From NCBI GenBank assembly GCA_036867785.1, contig CP145409.1:744001-808000 (forward strand): a DNA stretch of 64,000 nucleotides, written 5' to 3'. The notes under the pieces are model-generated. The model was not told the DNA's origin, made no database searches, and was given only the letters and a program-made list of their open reading frames with translations. Of this stretch, positions 1 through 12,707 are shown one piece after another (within the stretch, counting starts at the first letter, position 1; every line of letters begins with the position of its first letter). Source of the stretch: Plasmodiophora brassicae (Eukaryota). The translations under genes were made by a program, and so were the position numbers.

Positions 1-2401
1 CATGCGCCGTTCGTGCTGAACATTCTCGTCGTGTTCTTTCTGACTCAGCACGCGAGGCACTGCGTTGCGCTGGATACGCTCGGCGCGGTGCCTGTCTCTC
101 TCCTCGCACAACGCCGCACACTGAATTTGGGCCTGTGGCATCAACACCCACCAATGTCGGAACGTAAGCGATGAATACTTGTGCCAAGGTTACGTACCTG
201 GTCCTCTTGATGCTGCCGCTGCAGGGCAGATTGCTCACGGTGGGCCTGCTTCTCCAATCTTCTCTGGGCTCCCACCGAAAGCCGAGTTTCCCTGGCCTGA
301 AGGACACGCGCCGTTTTCTCTTCGATGTACCTTTGCGACACTTGCTTGGATGTCTGGATGCCTTGCTGCTTGGTCTGACAGACGCTCCACGTTTAGTCCG
401 ATGGGTGGTTTGAAAAGCGGGCGCAATTCGACCTGTAGCTGCCGCATGTGCTCCTCTTTGATAAGTTCGCCCCGTTGTTTCATTTCCACGATGGACATTT
501 CCGCCATCAGTCCGCGCCGACTCGACGTCGTGGGATCGAACGACTCATGATGGTCTTCGACCCTGACCAAACATAAGTTCATTCGTCACGTACATGAACG
601 GCCTGACTGTACAGCGGACTCTTACCTGGCCCGCGCCGAAGCCTTCATTATCCGAATCCGCCGAACTAAGTCGACGACTTGCACACGCCGATGGTCTGCG
701 ATGGCGCTCTTCTCGTTAGCCAACGACCTCAGGAGGCCACGAACGACGCTCGAGATGCCGCGGGATTTCGACATTAGACTTTCAACGCGCTGATCGGGAA
801 CACCTGACAGCATCGTTACAACGACCCCCTTTGTGTCGCTTAAATGAATCCTACCGATGTGTGACGACCGTATGCATCTTGCAACATGAACGCGCTTCTC
901 GTGGTCAATTTCGTCAAACGCACGTCGAGCTGCCTGCAGGCGTCTGAGATGAACGTCTTGGATGCGAGCCTGCTCTTTCTTCCTGTCGAACGTCTGCTTC
1001 CGATTCTCTCGAACGGCAAGCGTTTGCCGGTAAGCGTCCGCTTTGCGCGCGTGAACACTCTGGGCCTTAACGACCTCATCCCGAGCTTCTTGCTCTCGTC
1101 GCCATTCCTGTACACAGAGCAATTGTTAGGACTTTGCCATTGGGCACGCGACACGTTTACCCACATCGAAGTCCAGCCTATCCATCATGTCGACCTCGAA
1201 CGCCTTCATTACCTGAACCTGTGACTCCTGACGGCGCCGTGCCAGGCACTCTTCGCGGAGGATTGCTGACTTTGACATCGGGATACTTGATAGGCTGACG
1301 GCCGTCAGTGGCCTTGTCCGCATGCCAACCTGATCTCCACGATCAGTTTTCCGTGTCATCGCCCGCATCTCCCGCTACTGACATTGCTGGACGCGTTTGG
1401 AACGCCCTGCTCACGCGGGTCTGGATCAACATGGTCTGTTCGTATCCTCGCAGGGGCTGTCATCAGCTGGACGGGGACCTTCGCATGTTCCTCTTGCCAG
1501 TGCTTAATCGACATCTGAAGCAGTCGGCTTCTTCGTTGCTTTTTCTCATCATTGATCTCAACCAGACGTGGTTTCCACAATGCCGGCGTCCTGGTGTCAC
1601 CGTCAGCGCAGACACATTTGCTTGTTAGCAAACTGATTCGTACATGGTGGAGGTCGCCTTGATCCTGGCGTCAATGCGAATAGGGTCGATGCGGCATTCA
1701 CATGGAATATTATCGGTGGCGAACGAGAACGGCATTGCTGTTGTCACCTGCCGCTGACTGCGGGTGTCCATGGCAGAAGCGGCGCGGCGTGGTACGCGCG
1801 CCCTGCCAGGTGGAGCCAAGGCCTGAGTCGACCACGACATCAAAGATTCTTGATGCAGTCGAAGCGGATTGAGGACGCGCTTCTCTGTGTACGATCTGTC
1901 GAGGTGTCGCGACAGGTGGGAGCATAGAATTCCCGTGTCGGTTAGATCGCCAACAACAAACTGGACGAACAGCGCGACCTTGACCGGGTTCGGGTGGCAC
2001 TGAACGAGAACCGCTCGGAGCTCGTCAAACTCGAATTGCTCATCATCGATGCGGTACAGAAGGATGAACAGTACGACCGTGTAAATAGACCTGTCTTGCG
2101 GGATTGCCGTTCCGACATTGTCGATGTAGAACCGTGACACGATGTCCTGCAGTGGGCTATGCGCTTCATCGATCATGTACAGCAGCGGGCGAACCCGTTC
2201 CAAGTCGTGACGGTCAACATCATCATCACGAAGGACTGTTTCGAGGAACGCATCTGGCGGCACGTGCTCGCGTACCCGTTGAAACGCGGCGTGGACCTTG
2301 GCCGTCAGTTTCAGGAGTCGAACCATTTCGGCCAGGACCGCCGCCCGGTCGTCATCCGTCCGATCATCACAGCCATGGCCGATGTCGGGACCGGACGACA
2401 T
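1..2401 (-). CDS. CFAP99: CFAP99-like cilia/flagella-associated coiled-coil protein (multi-exon, 3' end runs off the window)
   Basis: ORF 1625..2698 has DRSIYTVVLFILLYRIDDEQFEFDELR...KVALFVQFV...HLDRSYTEKRVLNPL, resembling the CFAP99 N-terminal domain. Downstream minus-strand exons (1356-1631, 1126-1368, 622-1122, 235-582, 141-341) are E/R/K/Q-rich coiled coil. Start taken at MSSGPD. Confidence 0.65.
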
Positions 2402-5012
2402 TCGCACGCGTATCGACCGCCGTCTTCGTCGACTCAGGCAGGTACCGTTCGCTGTACCCGTACCAGCGATCATTTTCAATTTAGGACCCGACCATAGTTT
2501 CCCACAGTCGCGAAACTGGTTGTGGAGCGCCCAAGCAGACACCGCGTACGGTAGGTAGTCGAGTCGGGCCGTCGTGGACAACGTTATACTTTTGGAGTCC
2601 GCAGAAGTGTAGACACGACGATGGCAGGGGGAGCGACCATGACTGCGTTCGACCTGTACGAGGCTGAGTCCGTGAGGCATGTGAGGGTGCCTGTGCAAGG
2701 CCCGTCGCTGCCAGGCGCTGCTTGGGGGCGCGTCGCAGGCGATCTGGTCACATTTGTGCTATTTATTCGCGAGCAGATGTCGGCGTATGATGATCAGTTG
2801 GGCGTGCGGTTGCTTGGACGGCCACATTGACGGTGATGTGCAGGCCGTATGCTCAAATAAGGGCTATTGTCGATCGTGAGTTGCAGAGAAGGTCGAACGG
2901 GATTTCGCAGCGCTCTTCGCAAATGAATCGGCATATCAAGGTGGGGAATGCAGGCTGCACTGCATTTGCTGCATTACCTGAAATGGGGCCCTTTGTGTAG
3001 TTCGCGAATGAAGTGCAATCCGTCCTGGATGCTGTATCATGTCTATTCGCCAGCCGCCGGGTGTATCGTCTCGAAATTGTGATTGGATCATCATTATCAT
3101 CATTCAGGGAGTCCTACGTATGCCCTGAACGGTCACTTTCCGTTTGCCAAATTGAACAATGCCCTGATGCAGTGTATGTGTCTCGGAGACGGTCTCGCTG
3201 GACATTCCATGATCGTCGATGAAGACGCGGCTTCACGGGTCAGAATCTGGAGAAATTCTGCAAATTGACCGAGCCACTAACGCGCGTTGTGCGTGCTTTA
3301 GGCGAGCGATACGTTATCGCGCCACTTGATTCGCTTGCTGATCTCTGACTGCTCAGACCACCTGTCAGCTCCAATGCCAAAATGTTCCACATTCTTGCTG
3401 GCACTGTGCGATCGTGAAGGAACCTCTCCGCCTGGGTTTGCGCCAAAGCACAACCTTCGTGTCCGGCCGCGAAAGGGTGCTCGCTCAATACGGCTACGAT
3501 TCGACTTGGTTGACGACGAGGAAGGCACGAATCATGCATGCGATCGCATCTGGTTCCAGAGTTTGTCAACGATTTCAGGCTTGCGAGGTCCCGTCAAAAG
3601 CTTGTAACGATTACATATCCGCAGATTCTAAGCACACAGAAGTGTTTATTGCGTCTCGGTTTGGAGCACAGATCGTTTCTTTGAATGCACGAAAGTATGG
3701 GGTGCACATCCTGTACGGTGTCTTGGCCGAGGTCGTCCTCCGTGCGGCAACTCGGCAAAACATGTCCGTCACGGTGGAGCCGGGCGGGTAAGAAGATGCG
3801 TAACGCGGCGGGATGTCCGGCGCAACCTTTCCCCAGTCATTCGGCTCGTTCCGATTTTGCGGGGCCCCGAGCCCGACACCCCGTTTCCCTCCCAGGCGGT
3901 CAGTTCTCACCGGTTCTGGCATGGTGGCGGAGGTGAGGATGATGCAGTCGGATCCCGAACGGCAAGGCCGTTATTTGCAAACCGGTGTCGTCGGGGACAC
4001 CACCGTACGTCACATAGGCATGGGCTGCAGGATCGTCGCCGGTCAGTACTGGCGGGAGCGCCAGCCCAGGCTCGGAGGCACTCTGCATGACAATCGCTCG
4101 ATGTTTTGGAGGTGGATAAGGTCATACGCATGCTCTATACAGGTATATCAGTCATGACTGAAGATCATTCGCAAGCCTGCGCTGCGGGTCATCGGCAGCT
4201 GGCTGTTTGTACGCCACCGGCCTTACCGGGAAAGACTCAGACGAGGGTGAACCAATGACAAGTTTCTTCCTCATATTCAACGTGGTCTGAGTGCTGTCTA
4301 TAGGCTACGTAACTAAGTATTTGAATGGGTCGGACGAGTAACAACATAGTCCAGCAGTATAAAACTGGCATAATGCGTTACCCGCTCTACGAACTTTGGC
4401 GCAACACTTCGTTGTGCATTGTTTTCCATGGTAACAGCTCTGCGATGTTTGTTGCGTTTCATACTATTGACGGCGGCATCGTATTTCAGTTCCCTAGAAC
4501 GAAAGACACACGTGGATGCTTAGGGATGATCTTGGGTTGTTTTAGCCTGAACAGGTACCCTTTGATAGTCTTCGGATCTATCTTGCTTGTGCTTGCGTCA
4601 TTGTCCTCGTTCTCGCACCGTCATGCTGCTAATCGACTTTATTTTGACACGAGAAGCTGAACTTGTACGGCAATTGTGAATCCAGACGTCGATAAGGCAA
4701 TGCTCGGTCAAGGACGTGTTCCCCATTAGCCCTTATCGCGCACATGCCCTGGCTCGTCTCAGCCGCCCCTGGTATTCCATTCCTGCGCCGGCACGCCCGC
4801 TCTGTCGGACGTTCGCAGAGTGGGCTGCGCGCCGCGGGTCCCGCCCAGTGTCCAGCCGGAACGGATGCGCGACCAAGAATCCCGTCCGGAACCCCTTGCC
4901 TCTACCCTCGGGGCGGGTCGGGCGGCAATTGCGCAAAGTTTCCAGATTGTCCGCAGAATCCCCGCTCCCGCGGACGCATCGTCTTCGCGCCGTCGCCGTC
5001 GTCGTCTGCCAA

Positions 5013-6143
5013 ATGTCGGCAGGCCGCGTCCGAGTCGCTTGTACGGCTTGTGCCACCAGCAAGACTCGGTGCGATGGCGAGCGTCCATGCGGACGATGTG
5101 TACAACGAGATATGGCTGCGTATTGCATTGACCGACCCGTGCACTCCATGAGGCCGCGCGAACGCTTCAGGTTGCCACCTGGAATCGCGTGTACACCTTG
5201 TAAGAAATCAAAGGTCGCCTGTGCTGCCGTACGTCCCTGTCCGCGATGTTGTCAAAGGTTCGGCGACGCCGCAGTAGTGCGCTGCGTTGACGCGCCTGTG
5301 GTCGCCGCCGCTCCCGCCACAGAAGACCCTCGGCGAAATCTGTGGCCTGAAAAGTCGTCTCCATTGGCGATGTACCGTCCAGTCCCGAAGGCGATCTCTG
5401 ACGCTTTGCGGGATTGGTGCCTACAGATGGATCCGCGCGCCATTCGACGCTTCCTATTGTCGACGCCATTGTAAGTCGTGTCGTTGTTTCAGCAGAGTCC
5501 AATGATGACCGTCGTATGCAGGGAGCCTGAGTTGACTGTGTTTATGCCACACGACGAAGCCAGACAGCTCATTGCGATCTTGAACGACATGGCTGAGACA
5601 TCAACTCTCGAACCCGAATCCGAAGACTGCTTCGATATGGACATGCTGAGCCACTACAGCAACGACGTGATTCAATGCTCCATCTTGTGGAAGCAGTCTG
5701 TCCCATTTGACTCGCCGTCTTCGGCGCAGATCCGGTTCGACAGCGACATGCGACTATCCAGCAAGGCGACCAGGGCAACGTTCAACCAGTCCGCGCTGAA
5801 GCTGTTTGGGTATGACGAAGCCGAGCTGGATCGGTACCTCTCTGGATCGGGTGAGCCGCCTGACGAAGGCCCTCTGATAATGCCTGCCTTCTGGCGGTTA
5901 TATGCACCAAGCGACTGGTTACCAATGATCGAGCGATACGTGCGCACGCTGTTTCAGAGATGGTCATCGTTCTACTGGAAGGCATCCATTATCAGGCGCG
6001 ATGGCAAGGCGATACCATGTATCAATGAGACCACTGTTTCCATCTCTCCCGACGGCAACACGGTGTCCTATTTCCTGTCAATTCGCCCAATGGACACTAC
6101 TTTTATTCCCACAGACGTACATCCAACCATCGAAATACAATAG
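5013..6143 (+). CDS. Transcription factor with two tandem Zn(II)2Cys6 clusters and a C-terminal PAS-like domain
   Basis: ACTACATSKTRCDGERPCGRC..C and ACTPCKKSKVACAAVRPCPRC..C. Intron 5471-5521 (gtaagt..tgcag) joins this in frame to FNQSALKLFGYDEAEL...IIRRDGKAIPC (PAS/PAC pattern). Confidence 0.85.
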
Positions 6144-6200
6144 AGTGAGTATATACAATACATCATGCTGCGGGCCGCGAGCAACATCTGATTAGGTAGT

Positions 6201-6859
6201 TTATTCACTTCGCTGTGGCAACGAATCACCAGTGCCTTTCCTGAAATGCAGACGCATGTCGTACGCGTCTTCGCCATCCGCATAGTACTTGGCCTCGACA
6301 TCGTGCTGTTCATAGCCAAGCGTCTTGGTGTACAAATGGAATGCACCAGCGTTGCTCTTGCGAACATGCAATGACACATATTCGGCTTTGAAGATGTGCT
6401 CCATTGCATGCTGTGCTGCCGTCATCAGCTTCGTCGCGATCCCCATCTTACGATGCGTCCGCAGGACGGCCAACGAGGTGATATGCCCATGAAGTTCCTT
6501 GGAGTCCTCCTCCCTGATACCAAGAAGTTTAGCACAATGGCGGGTTTCACAAGATGGGTTTCGAACATTTTCGCAAGGACATAGCCAACGATCTTCCCAT
6601 TGTAATCTTCAGCCACATATGGAAGCTGCGGCCATGAGAGGATATGGTACAGGTAGTATTTCATTTGGTCTACGCCGATCTCCTTAAACATGAGCAGTCC
6701 TGAGCGGACCGTCGAGGCGACTTACAATTTTCGGGCAAACACCTGAACGAACATCAGTAAGGTGTAACGAAGCGATTCACGCATGACGACTACGGACAGT
6801 AGGTTGCAATTCTGCATCTCCAGCAGATCGGCCACTGTGCATGGACGGATACACACCAT
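6201..6859 (-). CDS. NAA10: N-alpha-acetyltransferase 10 (ARD1), NatA catalytic subunit
   Basis: Spliced [42 protein letters not shown]...[22 protein letters not shown]...[12 protein letters not shown]. Three introns, with a 17-nt exon at 6726-6742. Confidence 0.97.
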
Positions 6860-7167
6860 CGTCGATCCGCCAACGTCCTCCTGACACAGAGGCAAAGTCC
6901 GCGACGCACACACGCGCACTCGTCAGTCGTCACTGCAGCTCAGCGGCGCCAGGCTGTCTCCCCGGCCCCCTCAACGTTACTGCGCCCGAGCCGCCTACTG
7001 AATACCTACTCCCACTACATCATTCGCATTAATCGAGGCTGTTGACACGCCTGAGTAGGAATGCGCAGCGAATTCATAACAAACGACATGTCGATCTGTC
7101 GTAACAGCAGTGAGATACCGGGTCGTGTACATGGATCGGTCGGTGTGAAATCTATTGCTGGCCGGTC

Positions 7168-8994
7168 ATGGCGTTCGTGTCCCGATGTCCTCGGGATACC
7201 GCCGCCGCTCTGGCACGACCGTCGGCGACCAACGGCAATATTGGCCCCGGCACCTACGAAGTTCGTCGCCTCCTTGACCAACCGAAGAACGCGCAAGTCA
7301 GTTACGTCCCGTTTGGCAGCGGGGCATCCCGGGAAGATACTTTGGCATTATCGGCAACGTTCGTGCCTCCTACCGGATCCTACATCACGCCGCGTGACTG
7401 GAAGCAGGATACCCAAGGTCCATGCGCTTCGGCCGCCTTCAAGTCGTCGACGGATCGGTTCAAGCGCCCTGGGGGAGGCTCCGGGCAGCAGGTCGACGCC
7501 GATCTGCCCATCGGGTGCACCCACAAGCCATGGATCAGCCCCCGACCCGATCGACCACGTCAACGGCACCCATCACGAAGTCGGCCCGTTGAGCGCCTGA
7601 GCGTGCCATCCATAACCACGCGGGACCACCATGGGTACATAGAGACCTCCACCGGGTGTCTCATGCTACGCGACCCTCCTGGCCCACAATCGGATACTCG
7701 TCCTGCGCTCCAGCCGTCGACCCTAACGACAAACAAGGCGCCAAACTTCGCTCGAACCTCCGAACGCTTCCGTCCAACGGCCACCGATGCCCGCCCGGGC
7801 CCTGGCCACTACAACGTGGTCGACGCCCATCTCATGCAGTTTGATCGAACCAAGGCCACACGTCTATCGTCGTCGTTCGCGTACCAAGGTCCTCGAGGTC
7901 GGCAACGCATCCAATATGTGAACCGCCAATGTTCAGGCCCACTGATGACGATGATCTACTTAGGGACCGAACTGCCAAAGGCGTCGGATGAACCCGGCCC
8001 TCTGGATTACCAGGTTCGGTCCGATATCGTGAAGCGTCCCGTCTGGGCCTCCAAGTTCCAGAACTTTGGATCACGCACCGGGTCGGATCAGGTCTCGTCA
8101 TCGATATCGCCGACGCCGTCTCACTCTACTGTTGTCGCACAGGCGAGGCCGGGAACCGTTCAAGGAGGACATCGGGCCTGGACCCGGCGCCTACAACGTG
8201 TCGCGCGATCCTGTATACATTCGTCTGCGCCCGCCCCTGACCGTCCCATTCGGGTCGAAATCGGACCGCTTCTCGGAAGAGCACCCGGCTGCCGACGGTC
8301 CCGGCCCAGGTGAGTATTCCCTGCCCTCCTCCATACGAATTCGTCCAAAGAACGCGCCGGTCCCGTTTGGATCGCGAGTCGAACGCTTCACTGAGCAGAG
8401 GCGTGCACCGACCCCGGAACCGACACCGGCACCCCCGCCAGGCCCTCGTTCCCGGCGACCTGTTCGACGCCAACGCCACCAACGTTCCACTGGGCGTTCG
8501 CCTGTCCGACGAGTCCCCGTCCCGTCGTCCGTCGTCCCGGCACCCGGCACCTACGATGTCGATCGCGTGACGACCGCCTTCAAGCCGTTAAAGTTCAAGG
8601 TTCGCGGTCCGATAGGTCTCCGTTTCAGGATGCTGACTGTCGCGTTCAGAGCAAAGGGTTCCAGTTCGCGTCCAAGTCAGCACGGTTCGAATACGAGAGG
8701 GAGATCGAGCGGGAACCGACGCCAGCGCCGCCCGACCCCGCTAGAGACGACCAGGGGACCGCGAATCGGCGGGCGCTGCCGGCGGGGTCGTCAGCGTTCC
8801 TGTCGCGCGTGAACCGATTCGCAGAGCAGTACCAGGCGATGGGGCTGCCCGGACCCGGCGACTACCAGATCACGTCATCGCTCATCAAGCGGACGTTCAA
8901 CGTGACGATCGACCCGAACTTTGACCGCGTCGCCGCCGACGATGCCCTGGCGACCGACCGCGCCATCGTCCGAGTCGGGAAGCCCTCCTTCTAA
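7168..8994 (+). CDS. Sperm-tail PG-rich (SHIPPO) repeat protein, STPG2/ODF3-like
   Basis: Repeated PGPGxY motifs (IGPGTY, PGPGHY, PGPGAY, PGPGEY, PAPGTY, PGPGDY) with F-x-S-x-x-x-RF spacers across several exons. Confidence 0.85.
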
Positions 8995-9129
8995 AATATG
9001 TAAACCAGTGTCGCCTGTCCACGATGTGGTGGCGGTCTGATTTTGAGGAAACGGAGGCGCCGCCCGAACGCTAAACCGTGACGTGGCGGTAGGACGGATC
9101 CGAAGAGCGAGGGTGTTTGTTTGCCCGAA

Positions 9130-11054
9130 ATGGCGACCGAGCCCCTGTTGTCTCCCGGCGCGGCCGAGCCGGTTGTCATCCTGGAGGCGCCCAAGATCGA
9201 GGGTGCCGATGACTGGACCGTCCCTGAATCCGTCAAGCAGCACCCGTATTTCGTCGAAGTAAATGCCTGCGATCCCGACCGTATCGCCCGCGCCGTCTGA
9301 TGGTGTACTGTGCAGGTCACGTCGACGCTGGCGAAAGCGCTGCGAGAACTGGATGAGCGTATGCGCAAGAAGAACGATTACCATTTGATCAGCGGGAAGC
9401 GGTCGCATATGGTCGGCGGGAAGGTCGTCAGCGCCGGTGAGATGGCCGTCTGGAACCGCAACGGCCGCCCGGTGATCGCCATTGATTCCGGCAATTACTG
9501 GAACCTGTGAGCGCACGCCCACCCGTCAACTGCGTCCTTGAGGCCATCCTGACGTCATGGGCAACAACAGGTCTCCTCGTCACGAGTGGGTCGGCCTGTT
9601 CAATTTGTCGGCGCCGGTCGACGTCCTCGGCCTGACGGTGGCCCAAGCCGGCCAGTCAGAGGCCCTCGTCGTCCAGGACCCGCAGAATCGCGTCTTCATT
9701 ATTCGAAACGGCGGATTCGCCTCGTACGGCAACGTTGGTCGATTCAAGGTTGCATCCGGCGCCGTCAGCAGGAACGCATCGTGCGACTGATACAAAGCGC
9801 CAGGTGCTGGCCCTGGTCGACACGTTGAATCTAGGTGCAGACTGTGTCGTGATGGAACCGGGGACGAACAGGATCCTGGGATGGAAGAAGGAGGTCAAGA
9901 CCAGCGCGGACAACACGTCGACCCAGTTCACCGTCGCCACGTTCTTCAACGTCCCCGCCAACAATGTTGTCATTCTGCAGCGCGGCAACACAATGCTGCT
10001 CATGTCGGCAGGGCAGCATGTCCTGACGAATCCGAACACGACCTACCGTTGCGTGAGTTCGACAATCAGCCACCAGAGTCGTGGCACTGATCGGCTGACC
10101 ACTTGTCTCCCATAGTTCTATTCGCTCGGTGAGCGTCAGATCAAGTTCAAAACGCAGCCTGCGTACACAATCGAAGGCGTGCCTGTCCTCCTCAACGTCA
10201 ACCTTCGGTACCGCGTTATCGACCCGCTGAAGTTGACCGCCAATTACGACGACGTGTAGGCCCATGATGACGGCTGTATTTGCCTGCCGCGCTGATATAC
10301 AGATTGCAGGCTGCAGGCGCTGGCCAATCCAGCCCAGTCGGCAGTGAACTCGGTCGTCTCGCGAATGTCCTATCAGCAATTCATGCGGGCACAGAAGATC
10401 GACCCGAGCACAGGAGCACATCATGCGCCCTGGGTGGAGGCCTTCAAAGCGGAATGCCTCGGTGATCTGCAAAAGCAGGCCATTGAGTACGGGATCAACG
10501 TCGAGTCGTTCGACGTGCTTGACCGCGAGCTGGAGGGCAAGCTGGGCAAGGACCTGGAGAGCCAGAGCGAACAGGTTCTCCGCAACCAGGTCCAGGCGAC
10601 GCAGGTCGAACTCCAGAACCATATCGCCACTGAGGCACAGCGCGGCAAGCTCCAGATCGCACAGGTGGAGGCGCAGATACAGAAGGTGACGGCCGATGCC
10701 AACTACTACACAGCGAACCGGGCGTCCGACGCCGAGTACTACATGGTGCTGAACGCGGCCAAGGCCAGGGCCGAGGCGTCACGGTTGGTGGTCGAGCAGG
10801 AAGCCAAGAACACGGTCGCCCTAGCCGGAGCGAAGACGACAGAGATCAACCTGATCGCCGAAGGCAACGCCAGCGTCCCCGGCGGACACGCCCAGCTCAT
10901 GCAGCTGTCGTTGTTCGAGATCGAGAAACGTAAGGCGCTGCCGGCGTCCACTGTGTACTTCAGCGGGGACCTCGGCGAGCACGCTGGACTCCAGGGCAGC
11001 CTGGTCGGCGGGTTCGCCCTAGCATCCGGCATCGATGCCGCGCGTGTCAAGTAA
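9130..11054 (+). CDS. SPFH/Band-7 domain protein with C-terminal coiled coil
   Basis: TIEGVPVLLNVNLRYRVIDP...AVNSVVSRMSY...LQKQAIEYGINVESFDVLD followed by an A/E/Q-rich helical tail. About five short GT-AG introns. Confidence 0.8.
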
Positions 11055-11165
11055 ACGCCGGATCGAGACGAGGTCCACGTTCCAGAACCATCGCGAACGC
11101 GTTGATTGTTTCTGGCGGTGCCTCATTTCCAGATTACGTGTGTGCAGGGCGACCCGCGTAACCGG

Positions 11166-12022
11166 ATGGCGAGGGATGGCACCACCATGCCGTCCTTAGA
11201 TCGGTTCCTGAATCGATACGAACCCGGTTCAGTAGCCCGGCACGGGATCGAACCGGCCAGCCAGCGACTAACGCCACACCTGTTCTGGTTCGGTTGCGAA
11301 GACGACGCGCACGTTGTAGGGTTTACCCACCAATAGTCGTTAGACAGCTTTGCACTGAACGGAATCGTAAGCTGGCCGTGCTGACGGTATATTCAAGGTT
11401 CCTGGGGCTTCCCGATCCACGACGTACGATCCGGTACAATGCTGTGCAATTCGTTGGCCATGTGCGACGGTGGATCGCGGAAGATCCAGGACTGCTGCCA
11501 TCGACGTGCACCAAGTTGGTTACGTTCGACCGCGTGTCCGTCTATACCCGTAGCGGGCATACAGTGACATCGCAGGACGATATCATACCAGACAGCATCG
11601 TCTTCTGCCTGACGGTCTGGGACGCCTGTGATGGGTAACGCCGCCAGCATCGTGCAGCGCTTTCGCAGCTGAACATGTTGCTCCTGTTCAGGTGGCCGAT
11701 CGAGCTGGTTGAACTTGATTCAGGGATGCTATCCAGACCCGTGCGACGTCGTCTCGAGCGTGCCATCTGTGACATGAGTTGCGATGGCATGAACAGGGTC
11801 AGCGACTGGTTCTTCTGGCCGCAGTCCCATTATGAAGATGGCATCCTGCGGTCATCGCGCCGCCCATTCGATTCAAACCGGCCTCTACAGCATCCCATGC
11901 TGGCCCAGTACCGTCTGCTACACCCGCCAGCTCCAGATTTCCAGTACTCGCATTCCCTACCCCGTCTTCTCCATGCCAGACCGAACTGGAGGGGACCAGC
12001 TAGGCGTTCACGTCAGAACTGA
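11166..12022 (+). pseudogene. Disrupted ORF of unknown family
   Basis: ORFs 11294..11638 and 11675..12022 are in the same frame, separated by one TAA. ORF 11106..11336 joins them by a frameshift. No clear intron signals explain the breaks. Confidence 0.4.
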
Positions 12023-12142
12023 GCATAAATCGAGTGTTCGAGATTACGTCCGGTGTTGAATGACACAGCTGATGGCGAAACGTTGGCGAACTTGAACAGA
12101 TAGGTATGTAGACAGACAATCATGTGACCAGTCGACCTGAAG
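12010..12142 (+). repeat. 133-bp direct repeat, copy 1
   Basis: acgtcagaa...gtcgacctgaag, 7 mismatches versus 13033-13165 by manual alignment. Confidence 0.95.
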
Positions 12143-12386
12143 TATACAGGACCTCGGGTGTATTATACAGGACCTCGGGTGTATTATACAGGACCTCGGG
12201 TGTATTATACAGGACCTCGGGTGTATTATACAGGGCCTCGGGTGTATTATACAGGGCCTCGGGTGTATTATACAGGACCTCGGGTGTATTATACAGGACC
12301 TCGGGTGTATTATACAGGACCTCGGGTGTATTATACAGGACCTCGGGTGTATTATACAGGACCTCGGGTGTATTATACAGGACCTC
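12143..12386 (+). repeat. 21-bp tandem repeat (TATACAGGACCTCGGGTGTAT) x11 plus a 13-bp partial unit
   Basis: Directly visible. Units 5 and 6 carry an A>G variant. No spacers between units. Confidence 0.98.
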
Positions 12387-12545
12387 CGGAGATGCCTCCG
12401 TTTAACATCCCCCTCAAACTGGGATGCATCTACATCATCCTACGTAATATGCATGGGTCGCCAGGACTACACAACGGCACACGCGTCATCCTGTTGGGAT
12501 AACATCGCCCACCTATTCCACGTTCGCATAGCCACAGGGGCAGCC
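12374..12545 (+). mobile_element. Helitron/PIF1-type helicase fragment
   Basis: PPEMPPFNIPLKLGCIYIILRNMHGSPGLHNGTRVIL then, frameshifted, HLFHVRIATG. This matches the PPHxLxLKxGxxxxLLRNxxxxxGLxNGTR motif of Helitron/PIF1 helicases. Confidence 0.8.
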
Positions 12546-12707
12546 GATCGGTGCGACCGGGAAATCCAGTCTGATCGCCGTCCTCGCACAGGAACCACGC
12601 GTCATATCTACAGCACTATTGCACGCGCGGACATGACTGACTCATGCGTCACGACAGAGTCGCGCGTACGAACCGTCACGTCATTGAGGAAACGCCTGTA
12701 CGTCGCT

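Noticed and set aside
12143-12386. CRISPR-like array
   Set aside because: Units are contiguous with no unique spacers, there are no cas genes, and the context is eukaryotic.
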